64,000 bases of DNA from Lama glama (taxonomy: Eukaryota), in contig CM052837.1 in NCBI GenBank assembly GCA_028534125.1, positions 35,960,001 through 36,024,000 on the forward strand, read 5' to 3'. Every line of letters begins with the position of its first letter. Position 1 is the first letter of the stretch. Below are positions 1 through 12,129 of this stretch, piece by piece. Below the pieces are notes generated by a model. That model was not told the DNA's origin, did no database searches, and worked only from the letters and a program-made list of their open reading frames with translations. The position numbers and the translations under genes were made by a program.

Positions 1-169
1 AGGCGGCCGGTGGCCCTTGGCCAGGCCGCTCCTTTGAGAAGTTGGCTTTTTCAGAAGGAAGTTTGAAGAAAAGCAGGCAGGAAAGTTGAGGTTCACTGAG
101 TTTCAGACAAGCTTCCACTCTAGGAAGAGCCAGTGATGATGTGCTTGAAAAGAAAGGGTACGTCCTGCA

Positions 170-735
170 GAACACCTGACGGTGATATTTGCAACCCACG
201 CATCTGGTAAGAGGTGAACACCCAAAATGTACACGTAACTTCCACGAAGAAACGGCAACCAAACAAACAACAACAAGGGAACAGCTAATAACCTGATTTT
301 AAAATGGCTGAAGGACCCGAACAGACACGTCTCCAAAGAGCACATGCAGCTGGTAAACAGACAAAAATGTTCGATGTCGGTGACTTCAGGGACTCGCAGG
401 TCAAAACCACAGTGTCACCTCACAGCCGCCAGGATGGCTGCTGTCATCACAAAAAAGGACAAGTGTTGACAGAGCTGTGGAGAAACTGGAACATTTACAC
501 ACTGTTGGTGGGAAAGCAAATGGTGCAGCCACTGTGGAGGAGTGTGGAGGTGCCCCCAGAAGTTAAGAACAGAACCAGCCTCTGACCAGCAGTCCCACCG
601 CCGGGTGTTCTTCCGGAAGGACTGAGGTCCGGATCACGCAGGGGCACCTGCACCCTCGGGAGACCGCCCCTCCCGCCCCCAGGCCGCAGCAGGCCGCGCG
701 TCCACGAGCACCTGGCGGGGGAGGTCGGGCTGTGG
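170..735 (+). mobile_element. LINE-1 (L1M, L1MA/MB-like) ORF2 3' region fragment, strongly GC-shifted toward its right end
   Basis: Collinear with recalled L1 consensus: 'atatttgcaacccacgcatctggtaagagg', 'aataacctgattttaaaatggc', 'gtcaaaaccacag', 'gtggagaaactggaac...actgttggtgggaaagcaaatggtgcagccactgtgga'. No intact frame. Confidence 0.85.
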
Positions 736-988
736 GGAAGCTGGCCGCCTGTATCACTGGTTTAGGTGGCGCCTCGGGTGTCATTGTTGGAATTATTCAG
801 CGGGTTGTAATCAGCGCTGAGGAGAAGTGTGGGTCTTCACGTCACTAACGACTTGTGGTACTTCGTTTACTCCATGCTAGAAACTGACGTCAAGGTTTTC
901 CGTAAACCAAATCCCCGTGACCTGGATTTGTCCATCCCCAGACATTTTTCACCGGAAAATTCCTAGTCAGGACTGGGTTCCATCTATA

Positions 989-1190
989 TTTCTTTCTTCT
1001 GTTTTGTAACTGAAGTGTAGTCGATGTGCAGTGCTGTGTTGACTTCTGGTGCACCGCCTGCTGATTCAGTGATACACACACGTACGCTCCTGTTCACGTT
1101 CTTCGTCATTACAGGCCGTTACCAGGTACTGAACACAGGTGCTTGTGCTGCACGGTAGGGCCTTGTTGTTGATCTGTTTTATCTGCAGTC
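989..1190 (-). mobile_element. Cetartiodactyla-type L1 3' terminus (5'-truncated) with decayed poly(A) tail
   Basis: 'aactgaagtgtagtcgatgtgcagtgctgtgttgacttctggtgcac...tgattcagtgatac...gggccttgttgttgatctgtttt' parallels the recalled artiodactyl L1 end 'aattgaagtatagttgatttacaatgttgtgttagtttctggtgtacag...tgattcagttatac...ccttgttgtttatctatttt'. Confidence 0.8.
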
Positions 1191-1294
1191 ATTACTATCT
1201 GCCCATCCGTATTTTTGATGGTTGAACCTGGCCTTACAACAGAGTCTAGAGAATAAAAACAAAAAATGAGGACAGTGGGAGGAAAAATCTGACC

Positions 1295-1620
1295 CGTAAT
1301 CTCAAATTATCAAAGTCACCAAAAGCAAGGAAATCTGAGAAACGGTCACAGCCAAACGGAGGCTGAGGAGCTTGACAACTAAGTGTCATGCGGGATCCTG
1401 GGCAAAAGGGACAGTGGGAAAAAACTAAGCAGGTCCGAGTTAAGTACGGACTTTGGTTAACAACCACCTGTCACTGCTGGTTTGTTAATTACAACGACTG
1501 CACCTGGGAAGGTGAGCTCTTAACCGCAGGGGAGAGTGGGTGCAGGCGACACGCCAGCTCTCTTACACCTTTCCTGTAAATTGAAGATATTCTAAAATAA
1601 AAAGCCTATTCTAAAACATA
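1295..1620 (+). mobile_element. L1MC-family 3' end
   Basis: 'caaagtcaccaaaagcaaggaaatctgagaaacggtcacagccaa...gacaactaagtgtca...ggactttggttaa...tgtaaattgaagatattctaaaataaaaag' matches recalled L1MC 3' UTR. Confidence 0.8.
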
Positions 1621-4600
1621 CAAACAAGACAATTTAGAACGCCCACTATCCACCCCTGGGGGAGCACATCACTGTCAGTGTTTTGGCGTGTTCTGCTTTT
1701 CTGTGCGCAGCCCTGCACAGGTGAGAGCACACCAGGCCCACGGTCCGTGTCGTCCTCCCCCTACAATGACGAGCTACGGACACATCATCCCTGTGTCACT
1801 GAAAATGATCTGGTCGATCGATCACGGGTCAATCAATACACGAACAAATGCCGTCCCGGAGGGAAGGCTGTCTGAGGCACGTGGGGACTCACTCGGCAGG
1901 GCCTGGGGCCAAGCGAGGCCAGAGGTGGGGGCGGGACCCCAGGCAGGGTGGTGGCCCCGGGAGAGGCTGAGATTCAGACGCTGCAGGCCTGCACTGGACA
2001 GCACCGGCCGGGGCGGCAGCAGCCCGCCCAGCGAGGGGAACCCAGGACCACTCGGGTCTGAGGAAAGCTGGCACAGCACCCCCCAGGAGCCCCAGGGGCT
2101 TTCTGCTCACAGCTGCTGTCGGGATGCTAAGTAGCAGAGCACCACTTTTCTGGGGTAAGAGCGGAGGAGGGAGAAAAGAGGGGCGGGGGGGTTTCCATAC
2201 GGTGAAGTTCCTCATTAAAATCCATTGTAACCTCGGCTAGTGGCTGGGTTAACGTCACTCGGAAACCATCGTGGGATCAGCTGCGTCCATGGTCAGCATC
2301 TGAAATTCTCGCACTGGAAGCCTGTGAGGTTTGCCTATGTTTTTCAGTGGAGTGTTATTCATTTAAAGTTGTTTGAAAATCTAATCAGAAAGATCTTCAA
2401 CCCAGAAATTTGGTGATGTGAAATTTGCTGGTGACGGCGCTCCGGGGGCTCCCGCTGAGTGATGCCTAGGAAAGGACAGCTCCCGGAAACGCGAACTTGG
2501 TGTGAGCCGTGTGGCTCTGGACGGGCCGCGGCTTCACGTTCTGTGAGTTTTGACTTGTCCTTGAGGACTGTGACTTAAGGCATGAGGCTGAACCCTGGGG
2601 GAGCTCAGGGCAGAAGTTCACGTGGAAACTGAGGCTGACCTGGCCTCTCCCTTTCACTTCCAAGGGGTGGTTGGCACGTCTGTCATCTACATCTGATCTG
2701 CCAGGTGGGCTGCCAACTCCCTCTAAGACAGAGGAATGCACCCTGCCTAAAACCCCGCCGCGGCCGGCTGCTGGAGGAGCCGCCTGCGGGTTCCAGGAGG
2801 TGGCCGGCCGCCCCACCTTACTCCCGATAGTGGCTTCGTGGTTGGACACCCACAGCGGGACTGGGGAGGGGGGTAAACATGGTAGGAATGTGTGTCCTAA
2901 ATTATGTTAAGGGAGGCGGGTCATAGGTGCGTGGGGCTGAAGACACCAGTCAGGCGGGACAGGTTATCAGTCGAGGAGGAAGTGTCAGCTACTGGCGAGC
3001 ACCACCCACCTGTGCTGGGGGGTGCCTCACACCCTCACACCGCCGGGGGGCAGGGTGGGGCAGGCGTCGGAGCCCAGCCCCACTCGGTTTGCCGAGGCAG
3101 AGCCTGGAAGTCCACCGCTGGGGACCCCTGGCCTGGAAGACACCCTGCGCTTTCTCCCGTCTCTGCAAGACCCCTCTAATTCCCGGCTCGCAGTGTGGGT
3201 CTCCTGCATGTTTCCCGAAACGGAGAACTCGTTTAAAAAGCCCTTGCACTGACTCACATCTGCTCAGACGAGGCTGTAGGCCCAGAAACAGGCCCCTCCG
3301 CAGCCACCAAGAGAAGGCGTCTTTGGCCAGCACAGGCTCCCTTCAGACACTCGTGCGAGACAATTCACAGCTCCTTACAAGTCTGTTCATGGGCCATAGA
3401 ATGGGTCCTGCCTCACATGGCACTGTGAGCGTTGTGTAGATGGGGAAAGAAAGGCGGAGAGAGCGGCTTTAACGCGTAGGGAGTATCTGGCAGACGTTAA
3501 AGGGAGCTCCGAGCTTCCTCATGAGGACCGGCGCTGACCGCTCTGCCCAGACCGTCACCCTGGACGCGCCGCGCCGACTCCCCGCCCTGGAGGCGCCGAG
3601 ACACTGAGTCGTGAGGCTCCTTTTCCTCACGGCTGTTCTGCAGAGAAAATGTCTGGAAAATCCCTATGCTCCTGATGAGACGCCTGCAGAGAAACGGTTT
3701 GCTGTCGGCTCTTGAGAAGCGTGGAGCCTGCCTCCTGGGACCCTGACATTTCACAAAGCACACCCTTCATCTGCGGTGACGGCAGACTTTGTCATCAAGC
3801 CCATTGCACTTACTGGGAGGTGGTCACTCAGAGCCAGGCTCCTGTCCGGTGGCCGGGCAGCGGGCCGTCCAGTGGTCCAGCCTGCACATGTTGAATGCTC
3901 TCTCTAATCTAACCGGTGGCCGCTCCGGAGTCCCCATGGTGGTACCCAGGATGTGCACACGTGCATGAGGGTGCGAGCTGCTCTGAAGACCCCTGGAGTT
4001 TTTACAGAAGAATCCTAAACACAGGGGACACGAGCTGTGACCATTTAAGTTGGCCATGCTCTCCTCTGTTTGCAGTCTGAACAATAAGCCTCATCTTGTC
4101 TCAGGCCCAGAATAACAGAGGATAAATGGCTGAGTCTACGAAAACACCCATCACTGAAGCCGCCCTCCATCATGACCCAGTTCTCCAAGTGCTGGCTTAT
4201 GAAAGACCGAAAGTAGGTCATCAGAGAGAGATGAAGTGGGTGGGGGAAAAAATCATTCCATAAGCAGCCACTTAAAAATGCACCAGTGTTGGCTTCCAGG
4301 GACCAGCGGATCAGGCTAGAGCCGCGTTCTCAAGACACACTCCCTCCTTCCCTGCTGGTCCCTGGCGGCCTGGGCAGGTGCCCCTCAAAGACAGGCTGCG
4401 GGTGACACGGAGCCTGCAGACCGCAGCTTGGTCTGTCCTCGCCCCTTGTGGAAACTCACTGGGTTTACGTTTGAGAGAGAAGTCAGCGTTCACAGGACAG
4501 TGTCGGCTTTGTGATCAAGGCTGGGTTTTTTGTTTGTTTGTTAGTGTGTTTTGGCAAATTATGAATTCTGTCCATCAAAATCGGATCATTTTTTCAAAGT

Positions 4601-5384
4601 AGGATCTGGACACCAGTCAAGTTCTCTTTTTCCATTATGAAAGCATCTGTGACCCCCATGGCGAAGCCCAGGAGGGAGCCCCGCCGTCCACTCACAAGGC
4701 AGCCTTTGACATCGCGAAGGACGGGGCCCCACGCGGTGGGCTTCCTTCCACGTCCAGACTCCCACCGCTGCAGGGCCGATTCTGCCGAGCCCGGAGCATT
4801 GTCCTCCCGGGGCTGCCCCACCTGGCCTCTTCCTGCCCCGGGACGTTGTCACTGCCTGTGCTGCCACGGGGTACAGGGTGGGGGGTCTCAGTGAGTGGCT
4901 GGCGCCCAGGGCCCAGGATGGAGGGTGCGGTGGCCACTTCCTCCTGAAGTTCACCCCTCCGTTGCCCCTGCCACAGCACCCACAGGGGCCGCGCGTCCTC
5001 AGAGCCTCCTGGGCATCCTCTCTGTGCCCGCAGCCCACAGGCCGCACACTCGCATGTCCCTGCTGCACACGGAGGAAGCCGAGCGTGGGAAGCAGGACGT
5101 ACGCTGCCATGGACCACGGCGACGCTCTCAAGCAGCAGAGCCGGTGGGGGGCCCCGTGGGCCCCATGCTCCGGCCTGTGGCCTCTCTCAGGGTGCCTTCA
5201 GCCACACCCCTCCCCCAGCCAGCTCACGTCTCCAGGACACAGTGGTTTTCTTCTCTCTGAAAAGAACTGAGAAGAAAATCAGACGCCCCCAAGACCCCCC
5301 CACCGCAGCCGGAAGGTTGATGCGGCTGAAGCTGGGAACCCTGAAAACACAGGAGAGCGGTACCGTCTCTGGCACCGACTGTCG

Positions 5385-5790
5385 CATTCATTACAGTTCA
5401 ATTTGATCTTTTTTAATATCACATTGAAACGTTTCCATTCTGGAATGGAATGGTTACAGCGAGCGTAAATCTGCCACACACACGGTGCTTCATTTATATT
5501 AGCTTTTATTTAACTTGGTAAAAGGTAATTTGTTTTTATTAATTGATTCATTTTCCCCCTTCGGTCAGGCAAGCTGCAGCCCCGGGGGGGCTCACGGCCG
5601 AACAGCTCCTGCCGGAGCCTGGCACCGCCCCTCAACGCGTGGCCGGCCGCCACCGGCCGTGGAAACTTTAATTGACCACCCAGGTGCCTGTGTGGCCTTA
5701 TTATCTGCTCCAGTGCCTCCTCTTTCCCTTCAATTTTTCATCTTTAGGTCATCCTGGCCAATTGATGAGTCAGAAACTTACCACTGAGAT
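5385..5790. promoter_or_regulatory. AT-rich candidate enhancer with TEAD-like and AP-1 motifs
   Basis: Non-repeat AT-rich island. TTCCATTC-tg-GAATGGAA inverted repeat at 5433-5450 with tandem GGAATG; TGAGTCA at 5766-5772; several TAAT/ATTA cores. Confidence 0.4.
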
Positions 5791-7450
5791 GGGCTGAGCC
5801 CTTTCCAGCACTGTGCAGAGTGGACAAGATCACAGCACTGTTGACTCGGAGGCCCGTCTGGGCGGCTGCACTGCATTTACCATGCGTGTCTGCAGTCAGG
5901 CGGGCCAGCACCATCAGCTGCTGGTGCCTCGAAATAAGACACTTCAGAACCGGTAGTCTGTTTGGCTTCTGTCTGAACTTCCTCTCCTGATGTTTCCTCG
6001 ACCCACCCGTTTGCAGACGGGTGAGTCCAGCTTTCCCGAGCTGGCACAGTCCACCCACCCGCCCACCTTCTGCCATCGCTCCAACCATGTGTGTGAGGCC
6101 CAGTGTCCTCACGCTTGCCGGGACATTTTAGACGTCATCAGGGGCTCTGTCCAAGGTCACGGCCTGTCATATCCACAGATGAATCCCCAGTTAGGTTGCA
6201 GAGTGCTCCAAGAACTGTAGGGTTAACCAGAGCCCTTCTCCAGGCCACCCCTGCCCACCGTTCTCTTCCACGGCCTTACTTTTCTCCCTCCAGCAGCCTC
6301 CAGATCTAGAGCCGTAACTCATTTTATGAACACCTTGGCCAGTTGGTCACGTGCAGCATGCAATGGACAGCGGGCCTCCGGGCATCTCCAGGGCCACTTT
6401 CCTTCGGGTCGAATGGCCAGGGGGCGGTGGATGAACATGCTCGTTTCTGCCGTCCTTCAGGGGAGGACACACTGCCCTCCTCCCCGGTCGTCCCGGCGGA
6501 TAACTCTGCTTTCATTACCTGTAAGTAGTGTGTTCTCACACCAGGAAGATCTGCGCCCATTTCCCGAATGGGATCGTGGTGCCAAGTTTTGCATTTCTGT
6601 AACAGTAAAATCAAAACAGTTAACACTGGGAGGAAACTCCTTTTGATACACGAGAGCTATCGGCGGCCGTGTGCCCAGACAAACCCACCGCTCGGCTCGT
6701 TCTCTCGCGGGAAGGGAGCTGACGCCTCGCTCACTGCCCACCGCCTGGCGGAGAAGGGCGCTGCCTCTGGCTTGACTCGCGAGACGGGCTGGCGCTGTAG
6801 ATCTGGTGTCGCACCTGGCTCACGCGTCACTTTCGTGGGGGGGACGACGCACGTGAAAGTGATTTGTAAATACTGACGCGGCGCGCACACGCGGGGCCTG
6901 TTAGCGCTAACCCAGGTGAACAGCCTGTAATTGTGATGGCGACAGGTTGTTTTCCGTGGTTTCCATGATGACATTTTCCGTGACTGTAGTGCTTTAAAGT
7001 CTTCTCAAAGCTTTTTTCATACCCATTATGTCATTTGATCCACTAATTGAACTTGAACTGGAACAGAGAAAAACATTGATACATTAATTACATCCAGGCC
7101 GTTTGTGGGGGCAGGAGGGGTGGGAAACACAGCTGCGTCACAGCTGGCTTGTGGATGCCTGTTTCAAACTGCGACTCGAAGGGAAAAGCAAAATCAGAAG
7201 CAGAATCTACACGCCCCCACCGCTTCAGATTAGTCAAAGAAAAACAGGAAAGGGATCGGATTCCATTTTTCTATCATGAAGTATTTGTTCATTCTTTCCC
7301 TTTTCTTCTCTCTGGCCCACCACCAGAAACAATTTTTGAGAATTTTTTATTCTCAAAAATACATGTTTCTACAAGTTTTATAATGGGGTGTTTTTGTAAG
7401 AGCCTGTGATGGTAAGAAGTGTCTGCATAAGAGGGTCAAGGACGTTAAGT

Positions 7451-7670
7451 CAGGGGTTCTCGACCTGGACACGGACGACACTGGGGCTGGCCCGTCCTCT
7501 GACACGGGGCCGTCCTGGGCACTGTGGGGTGTTCGGCAGCAGCCCCGGCCCCCAGCTGCTAGTTGCCAGTAGCACCCACCCCCCAGCTGTGACAACCAAC
7601 ATGTCCCAGACATTGCCCAGGGTCTGGGGTGGGGCTGGGGTGGGCAGGACCTCCCCCGCCCCGTGAGGAT
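7451..7670 (-). mobile_element. MER20 (hAT-Charlie non-autonomous DNA transposon)
   Basis: Starts 'caggggttctcgacct' and contains 'ctagttgccagtagcaccc...cagctgtgacaaccaacatgtcccagacattgcc', diagnostic of MER20 in reverse. Confidence 0.9.
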
Positions 7671-8249
7671 GGCTCAGGAAGGACTCCCAGTGCAGCAGAG
7701 CATCTCCCAGGCCTGCAAAGAAAGCAGCCCTGGGCTCGTCCCGCAAGCTGGTCTGGGGATCAGGCCCAGCGTCAGCCGGGACTGGCTCATCCCAGGATCA
7801 GAGCCTCCGGCCGGAGGGTCTCATCAGCTCCCACCTCTGTTTCCCTGGGGAAGGACCCGCCCGGGCCCCCAGGGTGAGGAAGAGGCCAGGGTCCAGGCAG
7901 GTCTTCATTTTTCAGGAGTTCACAGCATCTGAGGAAGAAAAACCAGGTTGTCTCACAGGAGCAACAGCTGAGAAAATGTCTCAGAATTGCTTCTTTTATC
8001 AGAGAACACGGCCAAACCTCCCCCACCCACCTCTCCGCTGGTGAAGATGCAGTGTGGGTCCCAGGCCAGGAGCTGTCGGGGGCCCGGGGAGTGAGCCTCC
8101 TTCCTGGTGTGCGCGCCTCGTGGGGGCGGGGGTGACTTTAAATCACGTCATGTACGGCACGAGGGCCGTGCAGACTGCTGAACCCCACCAAGGTCTGCGC
8201 CCAAGTTCCTGTGTCATGCCGGCGTCCCCACCCTGCCCTGAGCACAGAC

Positions 8250-8342
8250 CCCCACGTAAGGCGGCGTCGGGGACCCTGGTGGGGAGCTCTCTGCACTGAG
8301 CTTGCAACTTCTGTGAGTCAAACTATTTCAAAATGAAAATGT
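8250..8342 (+). mobile_element. Short L1M (MC/ME-like) 3' terminal fragment
   Basis: 'gggagctctctgcactgagcttgcaacttctgtgagtcaaactatttcaaaatgaaaa' resembles the L1M terminus. Confidence 0.6.
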
Positions 8343-9524
8343 GACAGGCCCACATCCCCCACCTTCAGGTCTTGCACAGACTACAGACAGACTTCTTGAG
8401 CTGAAACGGTACACAAACTCTCCCATCTAACCTTTAATGAACAGCAACCGGAATCTTGCACACAAACGTGGCTTCTCTTTACCTCTGCTCACCTTCCCCA
8501 CCATTAAATAAAAAAAGCCTTCATTCTGATGTGAGCATTGAGACAGACATTAAAATTGCAAGGTTGGTTCCAATGCCAGCTTTTCATTCTCGGGTCAGAA
8601 ATGACTTAGGGCGGGTCAGTGTTTGAACGATAGCTCCGCGGCTGTTAAGCTCAAGTGGTACCTTGGACAGACCCCTCAGGGGGCGAATTCCCTGGCTCAT
8701 CCTAACGCCCACTTGCTCGCTCATCCCCTGTGTAATTTAACGCAGCTGGGAGCTTCTGGTGACGGGAGACCAGGCCAGAACAGCGGCGGTCTGGACAGGG
8801 AGTTGAGCGGCTGCAGCTCTGGTTTTGGAAGGGCCTCCGTGGGAGTCTCACTGGGGCTGAGAGGGTTGGCGGGTTTGTTTCTTTCGCCCCCCTCTGGGGT
8901 GTGCACGGTGCCTCCATGGATAGTTCCCGTCGCTTGGGGGCCGGCACACGTGCCTGGGAAGGGTGGCTCTGGTTACTTCCTGCAGGCATTTCCGCAGGCT
9001 ACTGGGATTCTCTGGGAGGTGTGTGCAGAGATGGCCGTGACCCCAGCAAACATGTCCCTTATGTCGTTTGTATCCGAGACCCACCTCAGCTAAGCCCCCT
9101 CCACGTGTAGGAGCCAGCGATTTGCTTACAGCCCAGAAGGAGGGAGGAAAGCAAAGATTCATGAAGCGTCTGCTGCGTGCTCAGCACCACGAGTCTCCCT
9201 CTCTCTGCAGTAGCCACTGTCGCCTTGTTGACAAGAGGCTACACCCAAGAAACCCGGTCCCCAGGGCTCTGCCGGCCCCTTTCTTGCTGGCGTCCCGGAG
9301 CACTGCAGGTGTCCCCGCCCACCCTCTTCAGAAACCAAGCCTCCCTCTGTCCCAGCTTCCCTGAGTCCCTGGAGTCACCTCCATCCAACTGCTGGAGTCG
9401 AGAGAGACACGTGTCTGTCCAGCAGCAGCGAGGGCGCCACCTGGAAGAGAGGGCCGTCCCCACGTGGGCACCTGCTCCAGTGGACGGGGCACACGTGTGT
9501 GGTGGTCAGGTGCCCGGCTTTGCC

Positions 9525-9632
9525 ACAAAGTTAATCCTCTCATTACCCCCATTTCACAGATGAAGAAACAGACCACCTTGCCCCAGCGCATGTGGCCGAC
9601 ACAGGGGAGGGGGCTTGGACCCAGGCTCTCCA
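9525..9632 (-). mobile_element. MIR SINE fragment
   Basis: MIR core 'cattacccccatttcacagatgaagaaacaga...ccttgcccca...ggcttggacccagg'. Confidence 0.75.
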
Positions 9633-11499
9633 CCCCCAAGGTCTCTGTGCGTCCCGCCGCCCACCACCCCTTGTCTGACGGGCACCGACCACCCAGGTGT
9701 TTCTGTTCTGACTTTGCAGAAGCACCCACTGAACACAACACCGCCGAAACAAGAGGCTGGTTTTTCTTCTCTCTGCAGGAGTGAGCGCAGCCCACTTGGC
9801 ACCTGTGTCACACCTGTCACCCGGGGCTCAGCGAGGGTCACATCACCAGGACGGAAGCAGAGACCTTCGCAGCGCAGGCATCCTGTGCTCCGAGTCCCGG
9901 GCCCTCCTCCACGGAGCAGGGCCCTGAACACTCTGCCGGATTCGGGGGTTTCCTTCCCATGATGGACTCACCTTTTTAAAAGTTTACACAAAGACCGCAG
10001 CCCCGTTTGTTTTTCTCGTTACGTGTTACGGGGAAGGACGATCCATTTCATGGTTCTCAGAGATGAAAGATGGGGAGCGTGGCTTCAGTTTCATGACTGC
10101 CGCTGTCACATTTCAGAACTTCCTAAATATAGCTTTATTGGAGGGAAAAAAAGCCTACAGCCCTGCGTCAAGATAAAAAGGTTTCTGTCAAAATCAAATG
10201 ACATGTCACTTTTAATGAGCAACTGAAAAATTAACAAATGTAACGTTCTAATCTAATTACGTTCTTCCAGAAAGCTCTTTGAAAACTGACTCAAGTTTGG
10301 TTGTCAAGTTCGCTGCCACTGAGGCAGCAGCGACGGCGTGCAGGAGGCCGGAGCCGCACCTCCTGGGTGCTCAGGGGTGCGCTTCGCTCCCAGGGGCACT
10401 TCCGAAACTTTGGGGGTTCTTGGCTCACACACTCTCGAACTCCCACTAGACTGCATTGCAACACATGCAGAAAAGTGGCAAGTCATGTGTCCGTCCCTTT
10501 GAGTCTTCACACGAGAATGACAGCCACACAACCAGGACTCCAGGTTTTTATAAATAAGTTGTTTTTTAAGCATCAGATCCGTGTCTCCCCCGACCCCCAA
10601 GTTCATCGTATAACTGGTTGATCAGACGCTGCACGTGATTAACGTACATGATGTAGATGCTGGCACGCGTGTGCACTCCCGGTCCGGGTAGTCAACGTGG
10701 CCGTCACGTCTGAAAGCCTCCGTGCCCCTGCGCTGTGGCTTTTGTTTGTTTGTGACAAGAACCTGCCGTGGGAGCTCTACCTTCTTCACAGTTTTCCAAG
10801 CACCTGCTACCTTCTCACGGGCCGCACGGGGCCATGTTGCAGGGCAGACCTCTGGCCCCCTCTCCCCTCGCGTGCACGGTGACTGAGGCCCACGAAACAC
10901 TGCCTCCCCCGGGCCCAGCCCCTGCTCACCCCCGTTCTTCCCACTGTTGGCTGCCCACCCGGACCTCTGACTGTTCCAGGTGCCTCACACGAGAGGAGTC
11001 TGTGCTTTTGAAGCAGGGGTCCGGGCCTGCCTTCCAGAGGACAGGTGGGGGTGTGTGCTGAGGGGCGAGGCCCGCGACATCTCCTGCCCATGTCCCTCGC
11101 ACCCTGTGTGTCTCTGTGGAAGAGCAGCAAGGGGGTCCTGCCCCGGGGCCTCCAGCGAGGGGGGCTTCGATGAGACATCGCCCCGGTCCCACCCGTGTGG
11201 GGCGTCTGTTCCTTGTCCCACTCACTTGCGCGTCTCCTGTGTCTCCTCAATAGGGAGGGACACCCTTCCACGTCGCAGAACGCGGCAGAGGGGCGTCCGT
11301 TAACCAGGGCCGGCTCAGCGGACGCCTCCTTGCCTCGTCTGGCCCCCCCCCCTTCGGGCACTTTGGTCTGGGAGAGGGATGCGCGTCTTGGTGCCGCCAG
11401 GCGCGTCGGACAGTCTACGGAGCGCCGCTCTGGGCTTTACAGACAGTAGGGGCGGAGGGATCCCGCTTCTTAAGGGTTTTACCGATTTGCAGAAGAATG

Positions 11500-11720
11500 G
11501 GGCACATCAAAATAATAATAATAAAGGAGAACGAGGAGAGAGGGCAGGAAACATGGGAGAAGAGACCGAAACGATGGGAACCGAGAGGCAGAAGACGGAT
11601 CATTTAGTCAGTCTAGAAATTACCCAGAATCAAAGCGAGAAACACTATCAGGACAGACGGGGAGGGACGCGCAAGTCCGGTCGCTCTTCCTCGTCTCCTG
11701 GTCCTCAGCGAGGGAAGTGG
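11500..11720 (+). mobile_element. Possible very old L1 ORF1 fragment
   Basis: Purine-rich tract with 'gaaattacccagaatcaaagcgaga', similar to recalled L1ME ORF1 sequence; weak match. Confidence 0.35.
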
Positions 11721-12129
11721 TGTTGAGCCTGCTTCTTCTCGATGTGTTATGTTTTCTTTGTGCAAACGCACGGTCGTGCCCCTTGGCGGTTCAGGTCTGG
11801 GTGTGGTCCACACGCTAATGCGGGGGTCAGACAGGGTAGAAGGGTTTCCAGCAGAGCCCCCGGTGGAGGAGAGGCTCTCCGGCGTCATGCAGAGTGTTCT
11901 CCGAACGAAGGTCTGATCCCGCAGACTCTGGATTTCACATCCATGGGAAGGAGTGGCCATTTTCTTGGTGACACGTCCATATTTGATGCCCGAGACCCAA
12001 AGCCACGTTTTCACCCTTCCCTTGAAATCCTTTCTGGTTGTATAAACTTCAGAATTCCGGAGATCTGGGCCATCAGGAAGATAAGTTTACACAGACGTAT
12101 ACCATAATTCTTGTTCCTCGTGTATTTCC

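Noticed and set aside
1690-1727. Possible microexon or recursive splice site (cag|gtgaga)
   Set aside because: The 10-nt exon would shift frame, it lies in probable degraded L2 sequence, and there is no independent support.
9760-9790. Strong polypyrimidine tract plus AG followed 2 nt later by GTGAGC
   Set aside because: A 2-nt exon is implausible without transcript evidence, and such motifs occur by chance.
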